From NCBI GenBank assembly GCA_024638215.1, contig JAHEKS010000001.1, positions 195 through 64,194 on the forward strand: a stretch of DNA of 64,000 nt. The letters are read 5' to 3'. Origin of the DNA: Acidobacteriota bacterium (GTDB taxonomy: Bacteria > Acidobacteriota > Terriglobia > UBA7540). The notes under the pieces are model-generated. The model was given only the letters and a program-made list of their open reading frames with translations, did not search any database and was not told the DNA's origin. The position numbers were made by a program, and so were the translations under genes. This document shows, piece by piece, positions 17,554 to 26,273 of the stretch; the first letter of the stretch is position 1, and the number at the start of each line of letters is the position of its first letter.

Positions 17554-17724
17554 AAAACGGCGGAAGTTGACGGGCGAGCCCTGCTTTCTCAGTTTCGATT
17601 CTCCCTAAAGAATTGTAGCATAAGCGAGGCGGGTGGATTCGCCGGCGGCTTGCGCAACCGGCGCGAAGAAATCGCCCTCATCGCGCACTCGGCGCCGCTG
17701 CTGCGTGCGAAAAGGATAATCTCC

Positions 17725-19500
17725 TTGGCGGTATCATCTCCGGTACAGTCTCCCGAGCGTCTCGCCTGGACGCGCGCGGACTGGATTTTTCTCGCGGCCC
17801 TGGCGGGCGTGACTTTCCTCTGCTATCTGCCGGCGCTCGGTTACGATTTTGTTTACGATGATCGCCTGCTGATTCTCAAGAACCCGCAATTGCTTGCCTG
17901 GCGATTTGTGCCGGTGTTTTTTCGCGAGCATTTCATCGCTCCGGTGTTCCCCAACGCGCCCGCGAATTACTATCGCCCGCTGCTGCTGATTTGGATGCTG
18001 CTCAACCGCCAGGTGTGGGGCGTTTCGGCGGCGGGCTGGCATCTGACTGCCATCGCGCTTCATCTCGCGGTTACCGCGGAGATCTTCCTGGCGGCGCGGC
18101 GCATTCTGCGCGGCCGGTTTGCCGCGGGCGCCGCGGCAGCGGTTTTCGCGCTGCATCCCGTGCACGCCGAATGCGTGGCGTGGGTGATGGGCATGACGGA
18201 ATCGTTCAGCGCGGCTTTCCTGCTGGGTTCACTGCTTTGTTACCTGCGGGCACGCGATCGAGTGCCGCGTTCGCGCTGGTGGTATTCCGGGTCAGTTTCT
18301 CTTTTTGCCTGCGCGCTGCTGGCGAAGGAAAACATGATTGTCCTGCCGGCACTGCTGGTGGCGTGGGAATTCTTTCTCGGGCCCGCAAGCGGGGGCGCGG
18401 CGGACGCACGCGCCTTCATTCGCCGCAGCCTGCAAAGCCTTCGGCCGGCGATTCCGCATTTCATCATCGCCGCGCTTTATCTGGGCGTTCGTCTCCTGGT
18501 CCTCGGCGCGCTGAGCCACGCGGCGATTGCGCTGCCGCTCGCGACCCAGCTTGCCACGCTTCCCGTGACCGTCTTCAGCTACTTCAAGCTGCTTGTTTGG
18601 CCTGTAGGCCTGAGCGCGTTCTACGACGTCCCCTATGTGACCTCGTTCGCTTCGCGCGGCTTTGTCCTGCCGCTTTTCGGGGACGCCGTGGCGCTGGCGC
18701 TGCTGGGCGCGTGGGCCTTAAAATCCCGCCGCGCGGGGTTTGCGGCCGTATGGTTGCTCGTGCCGCTGTTGCCGCTTCTCAACCTGACGGTTTTCCCGAA
18801 CGGCGAAATTGTGCACGACCGATATCTTTATTTGTCCTCGATGGGCTTTGCGCTTCTCGCCGGTCTGGCGCTCGGTGCAATTCCGGAAAAGCCAAGCGAT
18901 ACCCGCGGCGAACTTTCCGCCCGGCTGATCGTGAGTGGCGTCCTGCTTGGCGTCCTCGGCGGCGCGACGTGCTACTACCGTAGTTTCTGGAGAGATAATA
19001 TGACGCTTTTTGCGCGCGGCGTGCAGATTGCGCCGCTCAACAACATCGCGGCCAACGACCTCGCCAACGAGCTTGTTGCGCGCGGCAAGTACGAGGACGC
19101 CCTGCCCCTTTATCAGCGAATTCTCGCGCGCGATCCGACCTACGCGATGTCCGTCTATAACCTGGGACTGTGCTATTACAACCTTGGACGGCTCGATCAA
19201 GCGGAACGCTATCTCTCACAAGCGGGCGAGCTCAGCCCCAACGACCCCGAGGCGTATATCCATCTGGGTATGACCTATCTGAAGATGAGCCGGCTGGATG
19301 CGGCGGAGCAAGCGGTGCGACGCGCTCTCTCGCTCGACCCGCACGCCCGCGGCTACCACCTCGCTCTGGGTGTCATCCTGGAGCAGAGCGGCGAGTTGAA
19401 GGGCGCGCTGGCGGAGTTTCGGGCGGAACTCGCCAATTATCCCGGGGAGCCTGCGGCCGCGGCGCAGGCGCAAGAACTAGAACGCCGCCTGAAAAAGTAG
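17725..19500 (+). CDS. polytopic membrane protein with C-terminal TPR repeats (TMTC/PMT-like putative glycosyltransferase)
   Basis: Only the 3' 592 codons of the 990-aa track ORF fit; the rest is antisense to the M16 gene. TTG at 17725 follows AAGGA. FVYDDRLLI motif, multiple TM helices, then TPRs (YNLGLCYYNLGRLDQAERYL...). Confidence 0.75.
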   Translation: MAVSSPVQSPERLAWTRADWIFLAALAGVTFLCYLPALGYDFVYDDRLLILKNPQLLAWRFVPVFFREHFIAPVFPNAPANYYRPLLLIWMLLNRQVWGVSAAGWHLTAIALHLAVTAEIFLAARRILRGRFAAGAAAAVFALHPVHAECVAWVMGMTESFSAAFLLGSLLCYLRARDRVPRSRWWYSGSVSLFACALLAKENMIVLPALLVAWEFFLGPASGGAADARAFIRRSLQSLRPAIPHFIIAALYLGVRLLVLGALSHAAIALPLATQLATLPVTVFSYFKLLVWPVGLSAFYDVPYVTSFASRGFVLPLFGDAVALALLGAWALKSRRAGFAAVWLLVPLLPLLNLTVFPNGEIVHDRYLYLSSMGFALLAGLALGAIPEKPSDTRGELSARLIVSGVLLGVLGGATCYYRSFWRDNMTLFARGVQIAPLNNIAANDLANELVARGKYEDALPLYQRILARDPTYAMSVYNLGLCYYNLGRLDQAERYLSQAGELSPNDPEAYIHLGMTYLKMSRLDAAEQAVRRALSLDPHARGYHLALGVILEQSGELKGALAEFRAELANYPGEPAAAAQAQELERRLKK

Positions 19501-19628
19501 GTTCGGTTAAGTTTTGAACCGTCCGGTTCGGCTTCGTTCGCGCAGAATGTCAATTCGTTCGCGGTTCGTTCCCGGTTCGTTTTGGGTTCGTTTTCGCAAG
19601 TCGGCCCTGTGTTTTCATTACCATGGCC
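19501..19628 (+). repeat. GGTTCG-rich 3'-flank element with four 11-nt-phased (G/A)(G/A)TTCGTT copies
   Basis: Copies start at 19552, 19563, 19574 and 19585, with further GTTCG motifs at 19501, 19526 and 19534. The tail GGGTTCGTTTTC..TCGGCC..TGTGTTTTCA..ATGGCC recurs inverted at 35238-35327. Confidence 0.6.
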
Positions 19629-20329
19629 GCTTCGTTTTTGCATTTCGCACCCCTCAGCAGCGGCACCTTCCCGCTTGTTATTGTGTTTTTTCCGCGCCGC
19701 GGTCTCAACGTCGGCGTGCCAAGCGCCTGGCGAAGGGCGAGCGGGACGGACGCTTGGGGGGTGCGGAAGGCGGCATCTTGAAAGTCTCCGGCGGACAGAC
19801 GTTGTAGAGCCTACTTGTGTAGTCTAACATTGAATCGGAATTTGTCAAGTCGTTTTTGCACCCGCCTGGGGACGCGCAGGGGGGGCCTGATAATCCTTGG
19901 CCGTGGGCCCGAGCCTTCCGGCCGATTCAGCCACGGCGCTTCTGGTGGCGCAGCGACGGGCGAGGAAAACGGCGAGGCGCTTTTGGAAAGAGCATCAGCG
20001 CGCGAGGCGGCGACCCTTCGCCCTGCTGCGTCCGGTTTGCAGCTTTTTTCCGTTCGCGGCAAAGATTTCGGCAACCGCCCCGCGAGCGAATGCATCTACA
20101 ACGTTTCAGGCCGACTGCGCGGCCTGGAGCACTTCAGGGCTTATTGGGCTTTTGACTGGGCCAAGTCGACGTTGATGTAGGATTCGGGCTCACCGAATCC
20201 GGGATTCGATCTTCCTCAGGTCGCCTTTCCGGTCCCCTCCCCTCGCGCTCCCCGGGCGTGGTCTGCCTGGAGCGGGGGAATCGTCAAGACAGTCCCCCGT
20301 AATCAAGCGAATCCAAGGAGGATATCACC

Positions 20330-20617
20330 ATGCCGAGAAGTGAGGAAATCATGACCCAGTCAGCGCAATCAGTGCACCGGCGCACCCTGTCGGAAACCAG
20401 CTGGGAAGCGATCAACGAACCGGGTGCTTACGTTGAGCGCGGCACCGGAGACCTCTACCGGTTTCCCAAGGAGTCGCTGATTCCCGGGGCCTCCCCGGCC
20501 ATTGTGAAGGAGTCGCGCGGAGCTTCCGTGCTGGTCAAAGTCTCCGACGACCCCTTCATTACCACCTTTAAGGCGAGGTTGCTCGCCGCGCAACACAACA
20601 TCGAGCCGAATTTCTGA
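20330..20617 (+). CDS. hypothetical protein (95 aa)
   Basis: ATG lies 8 nt after a strong SD AAGGAGG (20315-20321) and a hairpin terminator follows. No family recognised. Confidence 0.7.
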   Translation: MPRSEEIMTQSAQSVHRRTLSETSWEAINEPGAYVERGTGDLYRFPKESLIPGASPAIVKESRGASVLVKVSDDPFITTFKARLLAAQHNIEPNF

Positions 20618-20641
20618 ACCGGCGCGTGCAAACTCCACGGG

Positions 20642-20680
20642 CGGGAGGCGCGATGCGTCGCACCTCCCGTCTCGCTTTTC
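20642..20680 (+). terminator. Rho-independent terminator candidate
   Basis: CGGGAGGCGCGA tgcg TCGCACCTCCCG (one mismatch) followed by TCTCGCTTTTC, 25 nt after the stop of the 95-aa gene. Confidence 0.6.
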
Positions 20681-20770
20681 CCGCGTCTTGAGTGCTGGCC
20701 GGCCGCCGAATCTGCACCAAGCCAGGCATGGGCTCGCGACGCGGGTTCGAGGCATCGGAGAGACGCGCGA

Positions 20771-22414
20771 TTATTCCAGGAATTTCTGGGCGATCGGGTA
20801 GCGCCGGCCCATGCCAAAGGCCTTGGCGGTGACTTTCAAGGCGGGCGCGGCCTGCTGGCGTTTGTATTCGGCGCCATTGACGCGCCGGAGGGTGTCGCGC
20901 ACCAACTCCGGGTCAAGCTTGTATTTGTCAATCATCTCCTGCGCGCTCAAATTCTCTTCGATATAGGCGCGGAGGATGACGTCCAGAATTTCGTACGGCG
21001 GAAGCGTGTCCTGGTCGGTTTGATTCAAGCGCAACTCGGCGGAAGGCGCCTTTTCGAGGCATGCCTGGGGAATGCGCTCTTCCGCGCGGTTCGCGTAACG
21101 CGCGAGCTGGTAGACGAGGGTCTTGGGAACGTCGGCGATGACGGCCAGGCCCCCGGCCATGTCGCCGTAAAGCGTGCAGTAGCCGACCGCCAGCTCGGAT
21201 TTGTTGCCCGTCGAGAGCAGAAGCGCGCCGAATTTGTTCGAGAGCGCCATGAGGATGTTGCCGCGAATGCGCGCCTGGATGTTCTCTTCGGTCACGTCGC
21301 GGGGCTTGCCCTCGAACGCCGGGTCAAGCCTTTGGAGATAGCACTCGAAAATCTGGGTGATGGGAATCACGCGGAAATCAACCTCCAAGTTGCTCGCCAG
21401 CGCTTCCGCGTCGCGCAGGCTGCCGGAAGAGGAGTACGGCCCCGGCATGCCCACGCCCAGCACGTTGGCGGGGCCGACGGCGTCGGCGGCGAGCGTAGCG
21501 ACAAGCGAGGAATCAATCCCACCGCTCAGCCCCACAATCACTTTCTCGAACCCGCATTTGGCCACGTAATCGCGCGTGCCGAGCACCAAGGCCTGGTAAA
21601 CGGCTTCGGCTTCGGAGGCCGGCCCTTCGTGGATTTCGCTCTCGCCACTTTCCGTATCAAAGATCACCAGGTCTTCTTCGAACGATTTGGCGCGCGCGCA
21701 GAGTTCGCCCTGCGCGTTGAACGCCATGCTGGAGCCGTCGAAGACCAGTTGGTCGTTTCCGCCCACCTGATTGACGTACACCACCGCGACGTGGTGCTCG
21801 CGCGCGAAAGCCTGGAGCATGTCGCGGCGCATGGCAATCTTATCCGTGCTGAAAGGCGAGGAGGCGATGTTCAGAATGATCTGCGCCCCGGAGGCTGCGC
21901 TTTCCGCCGCCGGGTCGCGTGAATAGAGGCGCTTCTTCCAGAAATTCTTGTCGTTCCAAATGTCCTCGCAAATCGTCAGGGCGAGGCGCGTTTTCTCAAA
22001 GTCGAAAAGCCCCAGCGAATTTCCCGGCTCAAAATAGCGCGACTCATCGAACACGTCGTAAAACGGCAGGAGGATTTTGGCGTAGTCAAGCTCCACCTTG
22101 CCGCCGCGAACGAGCGCCGCCACGTCCGCCACCGGCTTCCCTTCCCGGGCGCGCGAGCGCCGCACGTAGCCCACCACGGCGGGAAGCGCCGGGGGCAGCA
22201 GCCCCGCCAGGCGCTCCAATTCCTGCTCGCTATGGCGGATGAACTCGGGCTTCTCCACCAGATCGCGCGGAGGATAGCCGCACACGGCAAGCTCGGGGAA
22301 GACCACCAAGTCGGCGCGGCGCTCCCGGGCGCGCTGCGCAAACCTCACTATGCGGTCCACGTTTCCCTCGAAATCGCCGATGGTGGTATCAATCTGAGCG
22401 AGCGCGATTTTCAT
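20771..22414 (-). CDS. nadE: glutamine-dependent NAD+ synthetase
   Basis: 547 aa. N-terminal CN-hydrolase domain (MKIALAQIDTTIGDFEGN...VFPELAVCGYPP) plus synthetase domain with GLSGGIDSS. Confidence 0.93.
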   Translation of the reverse strand: MKIALAQIDTTIGDFEGNVDRIVRFAQRARERRADLVVFPELAVCGYPPRDLVEKPEFIRHSEQELERLAGLLPPALPAVVGYVRRSRAREGKPVADVAALVRGGKVELDYAKILLPFYDVFDESRYFEPGNSLGLFDFEKTRLALTICEDIWNDKNFWKKRLYSRDPAAESAASGAQIILNIASSPFSTDKIAMRRDMLQAFAREHHVAVVYVNQVGGNDQLVFDGSSMAFNAQGELCARAKSFEEDLVIFDTESGESEIHEGPASEAEAVYQALVLGTRDYVAKCGFEKVIVGLSGGIDSSLVATLAADAVGPANVLGVGMPGPYSSSGSLRDAEALASNLEVDFRVIPITQIFECYLQRLDPAFEGKPRDVTEENIQARIRGNILMALSNKFGALLLSTGNKSELAVGYCTLYGDMAGGLAVIADVPKTLVYQLARYANRAEERIPQACLEKAPSAELRLNQTDQDTLPPYEILDVILRAYIEENLSAQEMIDKYKLDPELVRDTLRRVNGAEYKRQQAAPALKVTAKAFGMGRRYPIAQKFLE

Positions 22415-22638
22415 GTCAGCACCCTTGTGCGCGACCGCTCCCGGTCGCAGCGAAGCATTCTATCATTTTCCGGAATTCGCCCGCAGGCCGGGGCCCCTGA
22501 AGCAGGCCAAATCGAGCCGCCAGCCATGCTTCAAGATGACTGGCGACGATTCAGCAGGAAAATGGCTGGGCGCGGCGGGAGCAGGCCGCGAACGGCGGGC
22601 TCTTCGCACGAAGTGGCCGGGAAAATTGGCGGCCAGCC

Positions 22639-22683
22639 AAGAAAGAAATACCCTGGCAGGCGCTCGAGGCAGACCCGCCAGGG
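22639..22683 (-). terminator. Rho-independent terminator candidate downstream of erpA
   Basis: On the minus strand: CCCTGGCGGG...CCTGCCAGGG hairpin (9/10 bp) followed by TATTTCTTTC. Confidence 0.55.
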
Positions 22684-22709
22684 TTTCTTAGAGGAGGAAG
22701 AAACGGCGC

Positions 22710-23039
22710 TTACACGGTGAAGGAACTTCCACAGCCGCACGTGGACTTGACGTTGGGATTCTCAAACTTGAATCCCGCGCCCTCCAGGCTTTCCACGTAA
22801 TCAATCTTGGTACCCTTCAGATACAACAGCGACGCCTGGTCAATGAAGACCTTCAGGCCGTCGAACTCGTAGACCTTGTCGATGCCGTTGGTTTCGTTCT
22901 CGAAATTCATTTGATACGAGAATCCCGAGCAACCTCCGCCCACGACGGAAACGCGCAGTCCCATGGGCTGGGGCGTCTGCTGGGCCAGAATTTCCTTTAC
23001 CTTGCTCACGGCTCTGGGGGTTAAATCCACCGACGGCAT
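22710..23039 (-). CDS. erpA: iron-sulfur cluster insertion protein ErpA/IscA (HesB family)
   Basis: GGGCSGFSY and C-terminal CGCGSSF motifs. ATG at 23039 is 7 nt after AAGGAG; the track start at 23045 is also possible. Confidence 0.9.
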   Translation of the reverse strand: MPSVDLTPRAVSKVKEILAQQTPQPMGLRVSVVGGGCSGFSYQMNFENETNGIDKVYEFDGLKVFIDQASLLYLKGTKIDYVESLEGAGFKFENPNVKSTCGCGSSFTV

Positions 23040-23261
23040 ATGCAACTCCTTTGTGCGTCATCTGCGCGGAAGCCGAAATCGTTCCGCCTTCAAACCCAAT
23101 ATAACAAATCCTCGCCCGCGGAATCAAGAGGGGTCCTTTCTTGCAGATTCTACGGCGTTTTACGCAAGGAAGTTGCGCGGTCTTCGGAATCCTGCCCCTT
23201 GGACAGTGAGGGAAGCGCTCCGCCATCAGGCCATTGAAACGAAGGGGAGATAGTTAACCTT

Positions 23262-23290
23262 TGTTGCACCACGGACTTGCATGTATAATC
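23262..23290 (+). promoter_or_regulatory. sigma70-like promoter candidate for the DUF4382 lipoprotein gene
   Basis: TTGTTG, 17-nt spacer, TATAAT (23285-23290), about 90 nt upstream of ATG 23381. Confidence 0.4.
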
Positions 23291-23380
23291 GGGGCGAGTG
23301 AAGGCGCGACGGAGCATGCCGCCGGAAACGCGTCCAGTCAGCCGTCTCGCGCCAAGCACGTAAATTCGGAGCGTGAATCC

Positions 23381-24847
23381 ATGCGATACCGAATCCTGAA
23401 GGCTGCGTTGATGGCTTCCCTTCTCACCTGGGTCGGGTGCGGGGGCGGCGGCGGCTCGAGCATTCTCAACCGGTTGGGCACCGGCACGGGCACGGTTGTG
23501 CTTCTGGCAAGCGACCAGCCGGTTTGCGACGTCACGTCGTTCCAGGTGACCGTCACGGGAATCACGCTCGTCCCCCAGAACGGAGGCGCGCCGGTCAGCG
23601 TGCTTTCGTCGAGCCAGCCAGTGACGGTTGACCTTGCCTCGCTGATGGACGTTTCCGCGTTGTTGACCGTCGCCGACGTTCCCGCTGGGACGTACTCCCA
23701 GATTACATTTACCCTGTCCAATCCCCAATTAACCTCGATAGACTTCACGCAAAACCCGCCCGTACCGGCAACGATTGCCCCTACGATGCAGTCCTTGACG
23801 GTGACCTACGACATCAGCCCGGTGCTGACGGTTTCAACCAACGGCACGGTGGGTTTGCAGGTCGATTTTAATCTCCTCGATTCGCTCTCAGTGGACGCCG
23901 AAAAAAACCTTACCGGCGAAGCGAACCTGCTCGCCCAGGCCGCGCCTGCCGCGGCCGCGGCGGAGACCGGTTTTGGCGAACTTCAAGACCTTCGCGGCCT
24001 GGTGCAAAGCGTTTCGACCACCGGCAGCGGCTCTTTTACGGGAAGCGTGACCATCCAGACGGCCGACGGCAATAACCTTGTCGTCAATCTCACCAGCGCG
24101 ACCGTCCTCGCGGGCCTCACGAGCGGCCTGTCCGCCATGCTTCCCCAGACGTTCGTGGAGATGGATGCGTACGTGGATTCTTCCGGCAACGTGGTCGCCA
24201 ATCGGCTTACCGCCGAAGACGTCGATCAAGCGAGCCTGCAGCACGCCGGCCTTATTGGTGAAGTCACTTCCGTGACGCGCCTGGCCACAGGCTTCATCAG
24301 CCAGTTCACCCTGGTGGTTCGACAAGAATTTCCGGCCGTGTCGTCGGACATTCCGCTGCAATCTACGGTGCAAGTCAACGTTGCGCCTTCGACAACTTTC
24401 AATATTTCGGCGCCGGAGGACAACACGGCGCAATTGTCTTTTGATGGGACGAACCTCGGCTTGGGCCAGGTGGTGACCGCCCATGGCAACTACGTGCCTG
24501 CCGCCCGGGGCGTCCCTGCGGTCCTGAACGCCACTTCGATCTATTTGCACACGCAAAGCGTCCTGGGTAATTTCGCCAGCTTGCTGACGGTTGGTCAGGA
24601 TGGAAAGACCGGAGGCTTCGCCTTCACTCCTTGTTCGGGAGTGTTCCAGGAACAGACGATTTCCGCCCTGACCTTCAGTGGCACGACTTTTGAAGGAGTC
24701 ACGGGCCTGAACGAGCTCACCACGACGCCCACCCTGCTCGTCCGGGGCCAGGTCTTTTTCGAGCCCACACTTACCTCCGCCGGAACGGTCACGCTCACGC
24801 CGCCATCGACCGTGCTGGTCGCCGGGAAAGTGCATCAATTGCCCTGA
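23381..24847 (+). CDS. DUF4382-like lipoprotein
   Basis: ATG at 23381 gives MRYRILKAALMASLLTWVGCGGGG (lipobox). N-domain pattern VVLLASDQP...VTVTGITLV...VDLASL....ADVPAGTYSQITFTL resembles DUF4382. The remainder is T/S/V-rich and beta-like. Confidence 0.7.
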   Translation: MRYRILKAALMASLLTWVGCGGGGGSSILNRLGTGTGTVVLLASDQPVCDVTSFQVTVTGITLVPQNGGAPVSVLSSSQPVTVDLASLMDVSALLTVADVPAGTYSQITFTLSNPQLTSIDFTQNPPVPATIAPTMQSLTVTYDISPVLTVSTNGTVGLQVDFNLLDSLSVDAEKNLTGEANLLAQAAPAAAAAETGFGELQDLRGLVQSVSTTGSGSFTGSVTIQTADGNNLVVNLTSATVLAGLTSGLSAMLPQTFVEMDAYVDSSGNVVANRLTAEDVDQASLQHAGLIGEVTSVTRLATGFISQFTLVVRQEFPAVSSDIPLQSTVQVNVAPSTTFNISAPEDNTAQLSFDGTNLGLGQVVTAHGNYVPAARGVPAVLNATSIYLHTQSVLGNFASLLTVGQDGKTGGFAFTPCSGVFQEQTISALTFSGTTFEGVTGLNELTTTPTLLVRGQVFFEPTLTSAGTVTLTPPSTVLVAGKVHQLP

Positions 24848-25117
24848 CGATGCGCTGACGACGAGCACTGGCAAACTGGTTTGCGAATCGCACACGAGGA
24901 CCGCGCCCACCAGGGCCAAGTAACCGTGCCGGTGCATTCGCCCGAGCTTGAAGGGTCGCCACGCCCATCGTGCTTCGCCCGCCGGTTGATGTGCGAGGCC
25001 GTGTTCTTTCTTACCAAACGCCGGAGGACTTTTCAGCATCCTACCGATCATGAGACGATTGACCGGACTTTTCCGCGCTTTTCGCGCCGGGGCTGCAGCG
25101 GCCAAGGAGGAAACTTG

Positions 25118-26116
25118 TTGGTGAGAAGAACACCCTGTTTACGCGGTTTGCTTGGCGCGCTCGCCACCATGGCCGCCGCGATTTGCCTTTTCCCCGCTTT
25201 GCTTGCGGGCCAGAGTTCCGGACGCGACGCGCTTTCGATGTTTCCTGCGGACACCCAGGAGTTTGCCTATTCGAACCTCGCCCAGCTTCGGTCGCAACCC
25301 GACTATCAGGTCATTCAAACTCGCCTTCTCAATTCGCAGTTGCAGGGCTTTACGGACTTCCTGCGTTCGCTGGGTGTTGATCCGGACAAAGACGTGGACG
25401 AAGTCACGCTCGGCTGGCATGGCAGCCCGATTGATCCCTCGGCATACTACGGCCTTGCCTCGGGGCGCTTCGACCCCGGCAAGGTCCACGATTTCTTCGT
25501 GCAACAGAACCTCCCCTGGCAGCAATACGGCGGCTACGACCTCTATGCTTACGGCTCGGGCAGCGGCGCCCGCGACCTCTACTTTGCCTTTCTCAGCTAT
25601 TCCACGGCGGCGTTTGGGCGACTGGGTGACTTGAAAACTCTCCTGGACGTGCGGGCCGGGTCGAAACCGGCGCTCGACAGCAAAGCCGACTTCGTGAAGT
25701 ACGAAGGTGAGCTGGAAGGAATCTCGCCGCAATGGGGCATCGCCACCGGAGCCGCCGCGGCCAACCACGCCGCGCCCTGGCTGGCGGGCGGCGGAAACCT
25801 TCCCTTCGACCCGCAAAGCCTGCTCGCTCCGATAAGGGCGGTCCTTTATCGCATTGATTGGGACAGCGGATTCACGATGCACATGTCCGTGGTGTGCGAC
25901 AGCGTTCAATCGGCCTCGATGCTGTCCCGGCTCATCACGGCCTGGCAAAGCGTCGGCCAGGCGCCGGACCCCAACATGAACCCGGCCCTCACGAATTTCG
26001 TTCAGGGGCTTCAGGTCACCTCCGATGGCTCGCGGGTTGAATTAACAGGCTCCGCCCCCATGGAGATCGTGGGCCAAATCCTGAGCGGCCCTGTTCAGAT
26101 CAACCAGAAACGATGA
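25118..26116 (+). CDS. secreted hypothetical protein
   Basis: AAGGAGG (25104-25110) is followed by TTG 25115/25118 and GTG 25121. Signal peptide ...LLGALATMAAAICLFPALLAGQ. No family recognised. The upstream part of the track ORF looks non-coding. Confidence 0.65.
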   Translation: MVRRTPCLRGLLGALATMAAAICLFPALLAGQSSGRDALSMFPADTQEFAYSNLAQLRSQPDYQVIQTRLLNSQLQGFTDFLRSLGVDPDKDVDEVTLGWHGSPIDPSAYYGLASGRFDPGKVHDFFVQQNLPWQQYGGYDLYAYGSGSGARDLYFAFLSYSTAAFGRLGDLKTLLDVRAGSKPALDSKADFVKYEGELEGISPQWGIATGAAAANHAAPWLAGGGNLPFDPQSLLAPIRAVLYRIDWDSGFTMHMSVVCDSVQSASMLSRLITAWQSVGQAPDPNMNPALTNFVQGLQVTSDGSRVELTGSAPMEIVGQILSGPVQINQKR

Positions 26117-26273
26117 CGCTCCTTTTGCCAGCCAGCCGCTGACCTGAAGCGCTTCCCTCTGATGTCGGCGCCGGCGACGCTTGCTCTGTGCCGGTTCGCT
26201 TTTGCGGTGGGTGGAAACCGGCAATTAAGGTAGAATGCACATTCCCCGGAACGTCTCTCCGGAAGCGAAACCC

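Noticed and set aside
16528-17724. First about 400 codons of the 990-aa plus-strand ORF
   Set aside because: This part is antisense to the M16 peptidase gene (HLFEH motif on the other strand) and is highly Arg/Gly-rich. Only the 3' part (from about 17725) encodes the TM/TPR protein.
19552-19592. GTTC-N7-GTTC spacing resembling the alphaproteobacterial LexA (SOS) box
   Set aside because: It lies downstream of a gene rather than in a promoter. I saw no copy upstream of recN (11716-11859). The resemblance may simply follow from the 11-nt tandem repeat.
19858-19885. Riboswitch look-alikes (CCGCCTGGGG like the ZTP 3' box; GGGACGC like c-di-GMP-I)
   Set aside because: The partner conserved elements (ZTP 5' GACTGGCG domain, GEMM tetraloop/receptor) are absent nearby. 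These are short GC-rich matches expected by chance.
20180-20215. tRNA/tmRNA-like GGATTCG...GGGATTCGATC segment
   Set aside because: There is no acceptor stem, anticodon arm or CCA-proximal pairing, and no tag-peptide frame. It is just a hairpin plus a T-arm-like word.
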